A program made the position numbers and the translations under genes. Shown piece after piece: positions 61,495 through 64,000 of a stretch of DNA of 64,000 bases. Source of the stretch: Eutreptiella sp. 'Long Island Sound 2002'. Its lineage: Eukaryota; Protista; Euglenida. The stretch covers positions 184,388,001-184,452,000 of the forward strand of contig OZ038378.1 in NCBI GenBank assembly GCA_964036045.1, given 5' to 3'. Position 1 is the stretch's first letter; each line of letters begins with the position of its first letter. The notes below the pieces were generated by a model. The model did no database searches. It was given only the letters and a program-made list of their open reading frames with translations, and was not told where the DNA came from.

Positions 61495-62236
61495 CCCCCC
61501 CCCCCCCCCGTGTCCATCCCCCCCCCTGGGGGGGGACCGTCACCGGCTGGTTCCAAAAAAAAATGCAACAGTGTCATATTGCACAGGATTGCATAATTGT
61601 GAGAGCTCGTTGTTAGAGCTTATGCGTACCTCCTTTGTGCTAACCCATTGCACTCCTCAGACCTCTCAAAATGTTCCGTGAAGGCACTATTGTGTGCTAT
61701 GTTCATGCCACAAAGGAGCCTGTGCTGGCTGTTGTGCAAGGCCCTTCTCCTCATGGTGATCAGTACAGAACCATAACGTACAAACGCAGTGCCACAGAAG
61801 TTGTGCATGACCGCGCTTCCCTGAAACGTTTGACAGCCTGTTGCAGCCAGTTCATCCATGCCTGTGGTTGATGGGCAGCATGTGCAGCTGTTCAGGACTA
61901 TGTGGGACCGGAAAAAGAAGTTTTACACTGTCCCTATTCAGTAGTAGGGGCATGCAGCAAACTGATGGACTGATGCATTGTATTGAGAATTTTGCTTGTT
62001 TGCATCATTTGCATGGCACCATTCGATCTCTGTATGTCAGTGTGTATTTAAGAGCCTTGCGCGACGTACAGCAAGCAACAAATCGGTCATAAATTCTGCG
62101 TAGTATGCGGCGGTAATTTGTTCGTTGGCGATGGTGTCTATCCCGGGGGGGGGGGGGTCACTTGGCAACGGTTCCCCCAGGGGTGGAGGGGAACCGTCAT
62201 CCCTGGGGGGGGATGGACATGGGGGGGGGGGGAAGG
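61495..62236. mobile_element. Family B C-run TIR element (about 740 bp) inserted at gTAc
   Basis: Left C-run GTGTCCATCCCCCCC versus right GGGGGGGGATGGACAT G-run; TA on both flanks. Segment 61530-61610 resembles 11755-11830. Confidence 0.7.
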
Positions 62237-62349
62237 TACAACTCACCGCCGTTGGGGGTAGGGGGAGGTGTATAAGCGTTATTATTGCCCTGTCACAGCG
62301 GGCCAGGAGGGGGAGGGGTGGGAAATGAATATCAGTCCCCCCCCCCTCC

Positions 62350-62910
62350 CCCCGTCGACGCAAGCCAATTTTCCGCCATCCCTTCGCCCACACCGGCCAA
62401 GAAATGGATCATCCAACGGCAACACACAGTCCCGTTCAAGGGCATGCACCAAATCTTGTGGCTTGCTCCATGGCACGCGTCACATGGCTTGAATGCAATG
62501 GCTAGGGCAATGTCCGCTAGGACGGCATGGGAACACGGCTGTTACCTCCATAGAACACGACCGGCCGCAGTGTCCCTTGTGTCGCCTACACCCCTGCATG
62601 CCCCAACCGAAGCTGTGTTGCGACAACAAGTGAGGTGCACCCCAAAGGCGCATGCTAGACGGGGCAAAGAGGTTGAGCCTTCCGACTTGTGGGCTTCCGT
62701 GCGCCATGCCTAACGCACCATTTGTCACCACTGAGATACTATACAAGGGCATGGTTGGTGCGCTATTTGGCCAGCGACCTACAAGACTCCCTGAATTTCC
62801 CCCCTTGCCCAGCAGGTCTCACAGTATGTGGCCCAATCCTGGTTCTAGCACTGCAAGACCGAGATGCTGCACGATGCCCTCCGCAACGGATTGAAACTGG
62901 GCAATGATCT
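62350..62910 (+). pseudogene. Possible highly decayed DIRS-type RT
   Basis: Scattered across frames: VPFKGMHQI, RTAWEHGCY, GLPCAMPNAPFVTTEIL, LVRYLASDL and PPQRIETG occur in RT motif order. Confidence 0.25.
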
Positions 62911-64000
62911 CTTCTAGCAACACCATACCTCCGTTGCGGCCCTCAACTGTGTTGGCTCTAGCCTATGGTGTCAGCAAAACAACGCCACGTGTACCAGGCG
63001 GAACGCTACTACCTAACTACCTCACGTGCACTCTATAGGTAACACACACGGCATCTTGGGCAATGCCCCTCGCTTGGGAGACGGTGTGGCATGTATCGCG
63101 GCAACCGAGAGTCACCTACCAAACATCACATCATCATCCCCTCTATGTGCAACAGAGAGCATCATACAGTGTACCACATGAACTATGGGTCGGAGCCCTA
63201 TGCCATGGTCTTGCCAAGGATCCAATGAATCACGTGAGTCTGATGCCCGCTTTCCGAGAACTATCTTCAGAACTCTACTTCAAGTTGAGTCCCAAAAAAA
63301 AAAAACAAGATCCAAGACACGAGAAGGACCCCAAGTAGACCTGACCGTCGCCTCTGCGCAGGCGTTGTGTTAGGTGCTCCCACCAAGTTTGCTAAAATAG
63401 AGGTGTTGGAATCTACCGGTCTAATGCACTATGTGAATGTGTAACATGCTGTGCACATCGAAAATCTGCGTTGATTTTTCATTGTTGTGTGCCAATTGAC
63501 TGCCCTCCTATGCGATCTGACACCCATTATCACCATTTTATGGTCTGATTTTATGTAGACGATTGATAGTACCGATTGATAGTACCTCTGTGGAATGTTT
63601 GATGTTTGTTGGCATCACAATGGCAGCCGCTGTGGCTTTCCATGGCGTGGGAGTGTTGTTATGTCTCAGTGGCAGGCTTGACATTGTTGGCCCAAGTGGA
63701 AGCGCGGATTCCTCCCTGCGCCCTTGGAATGTTCCACGTGGCAAATTTTGTGTCTACTGTGTTGTTCTGTTGTTATTCATTGGAGGCTTCTGGATGATTG
63801 CTGTTCATTCCTGGAGGCTTCTGGATGAAAGCGGACTTATTAGGCTTACATTAGAACAGCGAAAAACCATAGGACAAGCCCCCCCCCCACCCCTTCGACC
63901 CCCTCAATGTTGTGACATTTGGTCCTGGGCAAAATGCAGAAAATTTTTTCTCCGGTGCCTTTGGCGCTCATCTGGGGGGACATATGCATTCTCTCACTGG

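Noticed and set aside
1-64000. rRNA, spliced-leader RNA, snRNA or intact tRNA genes
   Set aside because: No matching sequence recognised; only degenerate tRNA-like segments.

Overview
This is repeat-dense, intron-containing eukaryotic nuclear DNA. A euglenid-like protist is my inference from gene style, not a determination. Four protein genes are supported: (1) a single-exon 755-aa protein with a HeH/SAP-like motif and a G-x-hydrophobic-D/E tetrapeptide block (1652-3919); (2) a two-exon LtrA-family membrane protein (12851-15515); (3) an alpha/beta hydrolase of epoxide-hydrolase type with at least four exons (32268-38658, all GT-AG joins checked in frame); (4) a membrane-bound hybrid histidine-kinase/receiver protein (52061-54274) whose H-box His appears replaced by Leu while the receiver is intact. 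The rest is mostly transposon debris, often nested. It includes three PIF/Harbinger-like deletion derivatives whose DDE transposase ends in a B-box-like Zn finger, C-run-ended TA-flanked TIR families, hAT MITEs carrying CCAACCG microsatellite, and Tc1-like MITEs. It also includes a 5'-truncated RNase-H LINE with a 15-bp TSD, DIRS-type RT relics, a CGGBP1-like Zn-finger relic, tRNA-like segments and several minisatellites, one palindromic. I found no CRISPR array, rRNA or intact tRNA, and no clear multi-gene novel system. The best leads are the B-box transposase family, the possible MITE-targeting LINE and the pseudo-kinase/receiver. All domain calls come from motif recognition by eye, not database searches.
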